DNA of 64,000 nucleotides from an uncultured Candidatus Rokubacteria bacterium. Its GTDB lineage: Bacteria > Methylomirabilota > Methylomirabilia > Rokubacteriales > DASRDR01. The stretch spans positions 544,001 to 608,000 of the forward strand of contig CAWGVS010000006.1 in assembly GCA_963826115.1 (NCBI GenBank), written 5' to 3'. The notes beneath the pieces are model-generated. The model was given only the letters and a program-made list of their open reading frames with translations. It did not search any database and was not told the DNA's origin. Positions 30,513 to 41,275 of the stretch are shown piece by piece (positions within the stretch are counted from its first letter, which is position 1; each line of letters opens with the position of its first letter). Position numbers and translations under genes: made by a program.

Positions 30513-31652
30513 ATGATCGTCACGATCGACGACCTCCGGGAGGCCGCGCGGCGGCGCTTGCCGCGGCCCCTCTTCGACTACATCGACGGCGGCGCCGAGG
30601 ACGAGACGACCCTCCGCGAGAACCAGGCGGGCTTTCAGCGCTATCGGTTCCGGCCGCGGGCCCTGGTCGACGTGAGCCGGCGCGACCAGTCGACGACCGT
30701 CCTCGGCATCCCGGTCGCGTCGCCGCTGATCCTGGCGCCGACGGGCTTCACCGGGATGTTCTGGCCGCGGGGCGAGGCGGTGGCCGCGCGGGCGGCCGGC
30801 AACAAGGGCGTGATCTACACCGCCAGCACCATGTCGATCTGCCCGATGGAGGAGATCGCGGAGGCCGCGACCGGCCCCATCTGGTACCAGCTCTACGTGT
30901 GGCGGGACCGCGGGATCGTCCAGATGCTGATCGAGCGCGCGAAGGCCGCGGGGTACCGCGCCCTGGTGGTCACGGTCGACACGCCGGTGCTGGGCCAGCG
31001 GGAGCGCGACATCCGCAACGGGCTCGTCCTGCCCCCGCGGATCACGGCGCGGAACGTCCTCGGCACCGTCCGCCGGATCGCGTGGCTCCGGGACTTCCTG
31101 ACTCACCCCCGGCCGACGTTCGGCAACTTCGTGGGGATGCCCGGCGTCGAGCACGACGCCATCTCCCTCGCCGCCTTCACGGCGAAGCAGTTCAGCGCGT
31201 CCATCGGCTGGGCCGACGTCGAGTGGTACCGCTCGCTCTGGCCGGGGCCGATCGCGCTGAAGGGGATCATGTCGGCGGAGGTTGCGCGGGAGGCCGTCGA
31301 TCGCGGGATCGAGGCGGTCATCGTCTCGAACCACGGCGGCCGCCAGCTCGACCACGCGCCGGCGCCGATCGAGGTGCTCCCGGAAATCGTCGACGCGGTC
31401 GGCGGCCGCGCGGAGGTGATCCTCGACGGCGGGGTTCGCCGGGGCGCCGACGTGGTGAAGGCCCTCGCGCTGGGGGCCCGCGCGTGCATGATCGGCAAGG
31501 CCTTCAACTACGGCGTGGCCGCTCGCGGCGGGCCGGGCGTCGAGCTGGCGATCGACATCCTCGTCCGGGAGATCGACCGCGCCCTCGCGCTGGTCGGGCG
31601 CCCGACGCTGGCCCAGCTCGACCGCGCGTCGGTCGCGCGGCGAGAGCCGTGA
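30513..31652 (+). CDS. FMN-dependent alpha-hydroxy acid dehydrogenase (LldD-like)
   Basis: FDYIDGGAEDE, WYQLY, VTVDTP, SNHGGRQLD, DGGVRRGAD. Confidence 0.93.
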   Translation: MIVTIDDLREAARRRLPRPLFDYIDGGAEDETTLRENQAGFQRYRFRPRALVDVSRRDQSTTVLGIPVASPLILAPTGFTGMFWPRGEAVAARAAGNKGVIYTASTMSICPMEEIAEAATGPIWYQLYVWRDRGIVQMLIERAKAAGYRALVVTVDTPVLGQRERDIRNGLVLPPRITARNVLGTVRRIAWLRDFLTHPRPTFGNFVGMPGVEHDAISLAAFTAKQFSASIGWADVEWYRSLWPGPIALKGIMSAEVAREAVDRGIEAVIVSNHGGRQLDHAPAPIEVLPEIVDAVGGRAEVILDGGVRRGADVVKALALGARACMIGKAFNYGVAARGGPGVELAIDILVREIDRALALVGRPTLAQLDRASVARREP

Positions 31653-31713
31653 CCGTGCGGCCCGGAGCGTGGTCGCGCCGGGCGGTATGATGGAGATGGA
31701 TGGGAGCCACGGC

Positions 31714-32178
31714 ATGAACGCGAGCGGGATCGGCCTCCGGCGTCTCCAGCATCTCGTCCTCTGGGTGTCCGACGTCGAGCGGAGCGTGCGCTTCTACCGG
31801 GACGTCCTCGGCTTCGAGGTCAAGGTCCGATACCCGAACGCGGCGTTCCTCCGCATCCCGGGGAGCGCCGACGACCACCACCTCGGGCTGTTCGAGCAGC
31901 GCGGCGTGCCGCCGCCCCACGAGGGCGTCGCGCGGATGTACCACTCCGCGTGGGAGGTGGCCGAGCTCACCGACCTCGCGCGCGCCCGGCAGCGGCTCAC
32001 CGAGTCGGGGGCGCTCGTCGGCTCGTCCGACCACGGCGTCAGCCTCTCCCTCTACGCGAAGGACCCGGACGGCCTCGAGTTCGAGGTCTTCTGGACGGTG
32101 CCCGACGGCAAGCCCGTCGGCACGCGGCCGCTCCACCTCGAGGCGGAGCTGGCCCGGCGCGGGCTCCCCGTCTCCTGA
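31714..32178 (+). CDS. VOC/glyoxalase-family protein
   Basis: LQHLVLWVSDVERSVRFYRDVLG, DHHLGL, YHSAWEV, DHG, YAKDPDGLEFE. Confidence 0.88.
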   Translation: MNASGIGLRRLQHLVLWVSDVERSVRFYRDVLGFEVKVRYPNAAFLRIPGSADDHHLGLFEQRGVPPPHEGVARMYHSAWEVAELTDLARARQRLTESGALVGSSDHGVSLSLYAKDPDGLEFEVFWTVPDGKPVGTRPLHLEAELARRGLPVS

Positions 32179-32208
32179 CGCCGCCCGCGCCTTCCATCCC
32201 CGCGAATC

Positions 32209-32244
32209 TTGACACTATCGGGGGCGGTCCCTACACTCGCGCCA
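32209..32244 (+). promoter_or_regulatory. Sigma-70 promoter, copy 2 of 36-bp repeat
   Basis: TTGACA-17bp-TACACT; 31/36 identical to 29761-29796. Confidence 0.7.
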
Positions 32245-32305
32245 GCCGCCGGGGAATCCCGCGGCGCGGGCCGAGACCTCAGGGCGTCGAGCGAGGAGGC
32301 CGGGA

Positions 32306-32644
32306 GTGGCGGAGCCGGACCAGGGCTGCACGCATCCGTGGCTCAGGGTCACCTGCGGGGTCTGTGGCGAGGCGGTCGACGCGCTCGGTGAGACGCCGAT
32401 CGAGGCAGGGTCCCAGGGGCACGCCTCGGTGAGCCGCCTCGGCGGCCCCGACTCGCAGGCCATCTTCATCGTGGCCCGAGGGCATCCGGAGCTCATGGAC
32501 CAGCTCCGGACGGTCATGGGGCATGAGAGCGGCGTGAACATCATCGAGGACCGGCGCCAGCGGCCCCGCGAGGAGCAGACCGAGGAGAAGGCACGGGAGA
32601 TCCGGAAGCGCCTCCGCGAGGAGGGCCCCCCGGACCAGGGCTAG
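32306..32644 (+). CDS. Hypothetical protein with Cys motif and DRR motif
   Basis: CTHPWLRVTCGVC; FIVARGHPELMDQLRTVMGHESGVNIIEDRR resembles 8184-8684. Confidence 0.65.
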   Translation: MAEPDQGCTHPWLRVTCGVCGEAVDALGETPIEAGSQGHASVSRLGGPDSQAIFIVARGHPELMDQLRTVMGHESGVNIIEDRRQRPREEQTEEKAREIRKRLREEGPPDQG

Positions 32645-32669
32645 CGGGCGCCGGCTCCGGCCGCCGCCG

Positions 32670-33569
32670 CTAGCTCTTGGTCAGATCGGCGACCGGCGTG
32701 CCGTGCCAGCCGGCCTCGCGCTTCTCCCAGTAGAGCTTCCGGAACCGGGTCGTGAGCGGCCCGGGCCGTCCGGCCCCCAGCGGCTTCCCGTCCACGCGCG
32801 ACACCGGCATGATCCCGCCCGCCGTCGACGAGAGGAACGCCTCGTCCGCCGTCCGGAGCGCGTCCGGCGGCAGGTCCGCCTGCCGAGCGGGCACGCCGAG
32901 CTCCACCGCGAGCTCCAGGACGGTCTGGCGCGTGATGCCTTCCAGGATGTTCCCGCGCGGCGTCGACAGCGCCCCGTCCTTCACGAGGAAGAGGTTGAAG
33001 CCCGGCCCCTCGGCGAGGTGCCCGGCGGGCGTGCAGAGGACCGCCGTGTCGGCGCCGCGGTCGAGCGCCTCGAACAGGCCCCGCTGGAGGTCCATCCAGT
33101 TGAAGTTCTTCACGCGCGGGTCGATCGCCTCCGTCGGCGTCCGCCGGTTGTCGACCATCGCGAGGTCGATGCCGATCTCCTGGCGCTCCGGGGGCACGAT
33201 CCAGATGTAGGGCAGCGCGAAGCCGACGAAGCGGTTCCGGCAGAGCCGCGGGTCGCGCTTGGTCATCGAGACGAACTCCCCGCGCGTCACGATCATCTGG
33301 ACGTACGAGTCCTCGAGGCCGGCCCGGTGGACGCACTCGGCCAGGATGCGCTTGAGCTCCTCGGGCGGATGCGGGCAGGTCAGCCGCGCGCCCGCGCACG
33401 ACCGGAGGAAGCGCGCCACGTGGTCGTCGAGCCGGAAGAAGCGGCCCTTCCATACCGACACCGTGTCGTACACCGCGTCGCCGCGCGTGAACCCGAGGTC
33501 GAAGAGCGGGATTCGCGCCTCGTGCGCGGGCGAGTACTCTCCGTCGATGAACGCCACACCGTCAGCCAT
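32670..33569 (-). CDS. PLP-dependent class IV aminotransferase, (R)-amine-transaminase-like
   Basis: DLGFTRGDAVYDTVSVWKG, FRLDDH, IVTRG, DPRVKNFNW, EGPGFN, LEGITR, STAGG. Confidence 0.9.
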   Translation of the reverse strand: MADGVAFIDGEYSPAHEARIPLFDLGFTRGDAVYDTVSVWKGRFFRLDDHVARFLRSCAGARLTCPHPPEELKRILAECVHRAGLEDSYVQMIVTRGEFVSMTKRDPRLCRNRFVGFALPYIWIVPPERQEIGIDLAMVDNRRTPTEAIDPRVKNFNWMDLQRGLFEALDRGADTAVLCTPAGHLAEGPGFNLFLVKDGALSTPRGNILEGITRQTVLELAVELGVPARQADLPPDALRTADEAFLSSTAGGIMPVSRVDGKPLGAGRPGPLTTRFRKLYWEKREAGWHGTPVADLTKS

Positions 33570-33937
33570 GATGCCTCCCTCGGTCGACGCCCTCGCGCCG
33601 GTCGTTCTGCGGCTCCGACGATCCGGGTCGGGCCGATCCGTCCACGACCACGCTACGGGCTGCGCGGAGGCTGCGTCAAGGCCCGAGGGGATCCCGCCAC
33701 GGTGGAGAGGCTGGACCTACCGGGTGTGCGTTCACACCGGTCATGCCGGGCCCCACCCCACCAATCCCTCCATCCCCATCGCGGGCGATGTCGTGAGCAA
33801 CGAGTGCACGCTCAACGTGACCTTTCCCTGACCCCGCGGTCCGCTTCGCAACGTTGACCGCCCCTGCGCCGGCCGCGTACGCTGTGACCTGAGCGGGTCC
33901 GCCCGGGCCCCAGCCGTCGGGCCGCTCGGGAGGCGGC

Positions 33938-35062
33938 GTGAGCGACGTCTACATCGCGGGAGCGGCCATGACCCGGGTCGGCCGGCGGGACGACTCGCTG
34001 CCCGACCTCATGGCCGAGGCGGGGCGGGGGGCCCTCGCGGCGGCGGCGCTCGAGCGGCCCGACGCCCTGATCGTCTCGGCGATGAATCCCGAGGAGTTCG
34101 TCGGCGAGGGGAACTTCGCCTCCTACGTGGCCACCTACCTCGGGCTCGCGCGGGTCCCGAGCCTCCGCGCCGAGACGGCGACCTCGTCGGGCGCCGCCGC
34201 GCTCTTTGCGGCGTACGCGGCCGTCGCGGCGGGCCTCCACCGGACCGTGCTCGTGGTGGGCGGGGAGAAGATGACGCACCTCCCGACGCCGCGGGTGTCC
34301 GAGCTGATCAGCCGCTCGATCGATTCCTACGAGCGCTCGTACGGGGCGACGATGCCCGCGCTCGCCGGCCTCGTCACGCGCGCGTGGATGGCGAAGACCG
34401 GCGCCACGCTCCGGGACATCTCGCTGGTCGCCGTCAAGAACCACGCGAACGGGGCGAAGAACCCGCTCGCTCACTTCCAGGAGCCGGTGAGCCTCGAGAC
34501 CGTGCTCGAGAGCCGTCTCGTGGCGGACCCGCTTCGCCTCTACCACTGCTGCCCGATCTCCGACGGCGCGGCCGCCGTCGTCGTCCGCGCCGAGCGCGCG
34601 CCCGTCCGCATCGCCGGCATCGGGCAGGGAACGGACTATCACGCCCTCCGCTACCGCGATGTCTTCACCGGGTTCCGCGCGACGCGCCAGGCCGCCCGCG
34701 CGGCATTCCGGATGGCCGGCTACGGCCCCGAGCGCGTCGGCGTCGCCGAGCTTCACGACGCCTTCGCGCCGTTCGAGCTGATCTCGATGGAGGACACCGG
34801 GCTCGCTCCCCGGGGAAAGGCCGCCCGCATGGTCGCCCACGGCGAGACCGCGCTCGACGGGCGGCTGCCGGTGAACCCCTCGGGCGGGCTGAAGGCGCGC
34901 GGCCATCCGCTCGGCGGTACGGGCGTCGCGCAGCTGGTCGAGCTCTACTGGCAGCTCACCGGGCAGGCGACCGGCCGGCAGGTGTCGGCGCGGGTCGGGC
35001 TTGCCCAGTCGATCGGCGGGCTCGCCACGTCGAACTGGGTCACGCTCCTGGAGGCGGCGTGA
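33938..35062 (+). CDS. SCP2-type thiolase-family protein lacking the nucleophilic Cys
   Basis: GGEKMT, CCPISDGAAA, ELHDAF, NPSGGLKARGHPLG; ETATSSG where ENACASG is expected. Confidence 0.88.
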   Translation: MSDVYIAGAAMTRVGRRDDSLPDLMAEAGRGALAAAALERPDALIVSAMNPEEFVGEGNFASYVATYLGLARVPSLRAETATSSGAAALFAAYAAVAAGLHRTVLVVGGEKMTHLPTPRVSELISRSIDSYERSYGATMPALAGLVTRAWMAKTGATLRDISLVAVKNHANGAKNPLAHFQEPVSLETVLESRLVADPLRLYHCCPISDGAAAVVVRAERAPVRIAGIGQGTDYHALRYRDVFTGFRATRQAARAAFRMAGYGPERVGVAELHDAFAPFELISMEDTGLAPRGKAARMVAHGETALDGRLPVNPSGGLKARGHPLGGTGVAQLVELYWQLTGQATGRQVSARVGLAQSIGGLATSNWVTLLEAA

Positions 35063-35550
35063 GCGCGCCGGCGGCGCCGGCGTCCGAGACGGGCGCGGCG
35101 GTCCCTCCGGAGCGCGCAGCGGCCCCGGCGCCGGCCGGCGCCATCCCCGCGTCGCGCTGTCCCCGCTGCGGGCGGACGTGCGCGCCGCCGGCTCGGTACT
35201 GCCCCGACGACGGGGCGGTCATGGCGCCCACGGCCGTGGCCGCGCACGGAGAGGTGGTCTCCTTCACCACGCTCTACTCGCCGCCGACGGGATTCGCCTC
35301 GCCGCTTCACCTCGCCCTGGTCGAGCTGTCGGGCGGCGCGAAGTTCTTCTGCCACGGCGCGGGCACGAAGGGGCTCCGCCCGGGGTCGCCGGTCACCATC
35401 GAGGCCGTGGACGACATCTACTACTTCTCCACCCTGAGCCTGGCCGGGCGCGCGGCGCTCTTCTGGCGCCGCCGCACCGAGACGGCGACCGGCCGCCTTT
35501 CCTCGTTCGCGAAGAGCGCCGCCAAGCGGCTCCTCCGGAGGACCCCATGA
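35059..35550 (+). CDS. DUF35 zinc-ribbon/OB-fold protein
   Basis: RCPRCG...PPARYCPDDG, GEVVSFT, LALVEL; coupled to thiolase. Confidence 0.82.
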   Translation: MSAPAAPASETGAAVPPERAAAPAPAGAIPASRCPRCGRTCAPPARYCPDDGAVMAPTAVAAHGEVVSFTTLYSPPTGFASPLHLALVELSGGAKFFCHGAGTKGLRPGSPVTIEAVDDIYYFSTLSLAGRAALFWRRRTETATGRLSSFAKSAAKRLLRRTP

Positions 35551-36731
35551 GGCCCCTCGACGGCATCCGCGTGATCGACCTGTCCCGCGTCCTCGCGGGG
35601 CCCTACGGCACGATGCTCCTCGCCGACATGGGCGCCGAGGTGATCAAGGTGGAGGAGCCCGGGAAGGGGGACGACACCCGGGCCTGGCCGGCCTTCGCGG
35701 GCGGCGAGTCCACCTACTTCATGAGCGTCAACCGCGGGAAGAAGAGCCTGACGCTCGACCTCAAGGCCGAGGCCGGGAAGGCCGTCCTCCGAAAGCTCGT
35801 CGCCGGGGCGGACGTGCTCGTCGAGAACTTCCGGCCCGGGACGCTCGCGCGGCTCGGGTTCGGCTGGGAGGCCGTCCACGCGCTCAATCCCCGGCTCGTG
35901 TACTGCTCGATCTCGGGCTTCGGCGAGTCGGGGCCCGAGGCGAGCCGTCCGGGGTACGACCTCATCGTGCAGGGCGAGTCCGGCGTCATGGACCTCACCG
36001 GGTTTCCCGACGGGCCCCCCGTGAAGGTCGGCAACTCGATCGCCGATCTCGCCTCGGGCACGATGGCCGCGCAGGGGATCGTGCTGGCCCTGTTCGCGCG
36101 CGAGCGGCTCGGCGCGGGCCAGAAGGTCGAGATCTCGATGCTCGAGGTGATGGCGGCGCTCCTCACCTACCAGGGCCAGGGCTACCTGACGACGGGCGTG
36201 AGCCCCCGTCGCCGGGGGAACCAGCATCCGTCGATCGTGCCCTACGAGGTGTTCGAGGCGGCGGACGCGTACCTCACGGTCGGCGTCGCCAACAACTCCC
36301 TCTGGACGCGCTTCTGCCAGGCGATCGGCCATCCGGAGCTCGCGGCCGACCCGCGGTTCGACACCGAGGCGAAGCGCGTCGAGGGTCGGGACGCGCTGGT
36401 CCCGCTGCTCGCGGCGATCTTCCGGACGGCGCCCGCCGCGGAGTGGCTCGGGCGACTCGAGCGCGCGGGCGTGCCGGCGGGGAAGATCAAGTCGGTGGGC
36501 GAGGCGCTCGACTCCGAGCACCTCCTGGCGCGCGGCGCGATCGTGACCGTGAACCATCCGACGGCGGGGCGCATGCGGATGGTCGGCCCGCCGATCCGGC
36601 TGCACGGGACGCCCGCCGAGGCCGCGACGCCCGCGCCGCTCCTCGGCGAGCACACGGACGAGGTGCTCGCGAAGCTGCTGGGCTACTCGAGCGAGGGGAT
36701 CGCGGAGCTCCGCGCGTCCGGCGTCGTGTGA
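35547..36731 (+). CDS. CoA transferase family III (CaiB/BaiF)
   Basis: PLDGIRVIDLSRVLAGP, NRGKKS, ENFRPG, GYD, APLLGEHT. Confidence 0.93.
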   Translation: MRPLDGIRVIDLSRVLAGPYGTMLLADMGAEVIKVEEPGKGDDTRAWPAFAGGESTYFMSVNRGKKSLTLDLKAEAGKAVLRKLVAGADVLVENFRPGTLARLGFGWEAVHALNPRLVYCSISGFGESGPEASRPGYDLIVQGESGVMDLTGFPDGPPVKVGNSIADLASGTMAAQGIVLALFARERLGAGQKVEISMLEVMAALLTYQGQGYLTTGVSPRRRGNQHPSIVPYEVFEAADAYLTVGVANNSLWTRFCQAIGHPELAADPRFDTEAKRVEGRDALVPLLAAIFRTAPAAEWLGRLERAGVPAGKIKSVGEALDSEHLLARGAIVTVNHPTAGRMRMVGPPIRLHGTPAEAATPAPLLGEHTDEVLAKLLGYSSEGIAELRASGVV

Positions 36732-36747
36732 CGGCGGACCGTCCGGC

Positions 36748-36969
36748 TCACGCGGTCAAGGCGAAGGGCGAGGGCGCGTACCGCTCCAGGCGACCGGAGG
36801 CATGGGTGATCGGATCGGTGCGATGGAGCAGCTCGCAGAACGCGCGGTTGACGCGGCTCCACTCGCGGATGTCGAGGCACCCGACGCAGAGCGTCGAGCC
36901 GGGCAGGGTCGCCCAGCCGCACACGCGGCAGCTCGAGAGGACCGAGGTGTCGAGAATCGAGGATCCCAT
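36748..36969 (-). CDS. Small Cys-rich (CxxC...CxxC) hypothetical protein, 73 aa
   Basis: CRVCG...CVGC...WSRVNRAFCELLHR; sigma-54 site immediately upstream. Confidence 0.55.
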   Translation of the reverse strand: MGSSILDTSVLSSCRVCGWATLPGSTLCVGCLDIREWSRVNRAFCELLHRTDPITHASGRLERYAPSPFALTA

Positions 36970-36987
36970 GTTCGTGTGGAGCAGGGG

Positions 36988-37003
36988 AGCAAGGATCATG
37001 CCC
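36988..37003 (-). promoter_or_regulatory. Sigma-54 (-24/-12) promoter
   Basis: Minus strand GGGCATGATCCTTGCT, exact spacing. Confidence 0.55.
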
Positions 37004-37258
37004 GCCTCTTGCGGGCCGATCGGCTGCGGGCGGGCGGAGCCGGACGGAGGCGAGCCAGGTGAGTGAACGCGTGTATTTCTGCGCATTTCCGGGTGGAGTC
37101 GCCGTGGATGTCGTCGGCGCAGATCGCGGACCGTCGACGTGGCAGACCGTCAGCCGCACGCGCGGACGTGTCACGGCGCGGCCGTCGTTCGGCACTCCGC
37201 GCGCCGGCGGCCGTCCGTGACCGCCGAGGGGCCGACGGTCCCGAAGTTCCCCGGAGGA

Positions 37259-37426
37259 ATGTCCGCGGCACCCGAGGTCACGGCCGGCGGCGGCTGCGCG
37301 AACCCGGCCTGCAGCTGCCTCGTCGATCCCGGTCGCCTCTGCTGCTGCGCCGCCTGCGCGCGGGCGGGCGAGGACGCCGACGCGTGCCACTGCGGGCACT
37401 TCGGATGCACGGCGCGCACGTTCTGA
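37259..37426 (+). CDS. Metallothionein-like Cys-rich peptide
   Basis: CANPACSC...CCCAAC...CHCGHFGC (10 Cys, 2 His in 55 aa); start uncertain (GTG 37217 or ATG 37259). Confidence 0.62.
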   Translation: MSAAPEVTAGGGCANPACSCLVDPGRLCCCAACARAGEDADACHCGHFGCTARTF

Positions 37427-37460
37427 GCGCGATCCCCCCGCGCGCCGCGGGCGGCCCGCG

Positions 37461-39554
<2,094 letters not shown>

Positions 39555-39579
39555 CCAGCGCTCGACCCTACGGGTCACG

Positions 39580-39595
39580 TGGCATGGCCACTGCA
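39580..39595 (+). promoter_or_regulatory. Possible sigma-54 promoter
   Basis: TGGCATGGCCACTGCA, correct spacing, CTGC instead of TTGC. Confidence 0.4.
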
Positions 39596-39701
39596 CAGGT
39601 CGGTCGCGGAGGGCCCACATGACACGCGAGTCAGGTCGTCAGGCTCCCGCACCTGGAGGGGCCCTTCGGTGTGGCGGACACTGACACCGTCGCGGCTCAC
39701 G

Positions 39702-41189
39702 ATGCCCGCCGGCCACGGGCAGCAGCTCCTGCTGCTGTCTCTCGGCGGGCTGGTGCCGGCGCTCCTTTTCGTCGCCCTGTACGGACGGCCCGAGAGGCTC
39801 GTGCGCTTCTTCCCGGACGACGCGTTCTATTACCTGCAGGTGGCATGGACGGCTGCCCATGACGGAAGGGTTTCGTTTGACGGGCGGAACGTGACGACAG
39901 GATTCCATCCCCTGTTCTTCGCCTCGTGCGTGCTGTTGGCGACCCTCGCGAGCAAGGCTGGCGTCCTTGTCTTGGTGTTCGTCTTGAATGGACTGGCGTT
40001 GACGGCGACGCTGCAGATGCTGTTCGCGACGTTGACCGGCCCCATTGGTGCGCGGTCGCTGGCAACCACGGCGGGAATGCTGCCGTTGTTCACTATGCTG
40101 CTGTGGACCAGCTCCGGTCTTGAGTCTGCGGTGGTATTGCCGGTCGCCGCGGTCTTCGGCGCTGTCTGGCTAGGCAGTTCACGTGACGCGCATTCCAGCT
40201 GGCGATGGGGCCTCGGCATCGGCACGTGCGCAGCCCTCCTGTGTCTTGCTCGTTTGGATCTCGTCATCGCTCTTGGCCCGTTCGCGATCTATCTGCTGGC
40301 ACGGAACCTACGGTACCGCCAGCTCGGGCACTTGTCGTCTGCGGTCCTCGGCTACGCAGCGGTGATCGGTCCCTACTGTCTCTGGAATATCTGGCTCCAG
40401 GGCAACGTGATCCCGACGTCGGCGATCGTGAAGCTGACCCTGCAGCACTCCTTGGTCACTAACTGGCGGGCGTTGACGTTCGGCAACTCCGTCGGCGTCG
40501 TGCTCTTCTTGGTGCCGCTCGTTCTGAACCTGCTTGCCCTCTTCAAGCGCGTCTATGACGAGCACGAGGGACGCTACGTCGCGTTGTTGTCGCTCTCGGC
40601 GCTCCTCTACCTGGGCTATGTGCTCTTCCTGGGCAAGGGCGTGTTCCGCTGGTATCTGGCGTATCTCGTTTTCGGTTCGCTCGTAGCGTTGGTCGTGCTT
40701 GTTCGGTGGCTAGCGGACCACGTGCGGTTGCCTGATTCCTGGGCCTTCCGTCTTGTGTTCGCCGCGCTGGTCGGCGCGTGTAACATGGGATTCTTCATAG
40801 GCTGGTCGCACCAGGAAACGGTGAGCGTGGCCCTGTGGCGGATGACGAACGAGCTCAACGTCACCGTGCCGGCCAACGCTCGGCTGGCGACAGTCGACGC
40901 CGGTGTGGTTGGCTACTTCGGACGTTTCAAGGTCTTCGCCCTGGATGGTCTGGTCAATAGCCTGGAGAACTGGCGAAGATATCTGTCGCACGGCGACATC
41001 GCCGGTTACGTTCGAGCGGAGGGCGTCGAGTATCTGCTCATGCCCGAGACGGAGCAGCCGCAGCTGGATGAGGAGACGGTGGTGGTGCCGGGCCGCGTCG
41101 AGCTGATCCTGGGCAGCGACCAGCTGCTCGGCCGTCATGCGATAGCGCCCCGGTTCACCGAGAGACTCTATCGACTGAAGCCGGACTAG
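39702..41189 (+). CDS. Polytopic membrane protein, GT-C glycosyltransferase-like
   Basis: PDDAFYY, TTGFHPL, SGLES, ARLD, many TM helices, DAGVVGYF...LDGLVN; more AT-rich codons than flanks; start uncertain. Confidence 0.7.
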   Translation: MPAGHGQQLLLLSLGGLVPALLFVALYGRPERLVRFFPDDAFYYLQVAWTAAHDGRVSFDGRNVTTGFHPLFFASCVLLATLASKAGVLVLVFVLNGLALTATLQMLFATLTGPIGARSLATTAGMLPLFTMLLWTSSGLESAVVLPVAAVFGAVWLGSSRDAHSSWRWGLGIGTCAALLCLARLDLVIALGPFAIYLLARNLRYRQLGHLSSAVLGYAAVIGPYCLWNIWLQGNVIPTSAIVKLTLQHSLVTNWRALTFGNSVGVVLFLVPLVLNLLALFKRVYDEHEGRYVALLSLSALLYLGYVLFLGKGVFRWYLAYLVFGSLVALVVLVRWLADHVRLPDSWAFRLVFAALVGACNMGFFIGWSHQETVSVALWRMTNELNVTVPANARLATVDAGVVGYFGRFKVFALDGLVNSLENWRRYLSHGDIAGYVRAEGVEYLLMPETEQPQLDEETVVVPGRVELILGSDQLLGRHAIAPRFTERLYRLKPD

Positions 41190-41275
41190 CAGAGCTCGGT
41201 TCCTGCGGCCGCGTCCTGGCTCTGTCCTGACGGGCGAGGCCGCGCCGGCCTGCGAGCGTCAGCCGGCCCGCGCTG

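Noticed and set aside
33700-33831. Protein-like fragment WTYRVCVHTGHAGPHPTNPSIPIAGDVVSNECTLNVTFP
   Set aside because: No convincing start or family motif; at most a gene remnant
37190-37205. Sigma-54-like CGGCACTCCGCGCGCC upstream of the metallothionein-like ORF
   Set aside because: Lacks the TT of the -12 element; likely chance in GC-rich DNA
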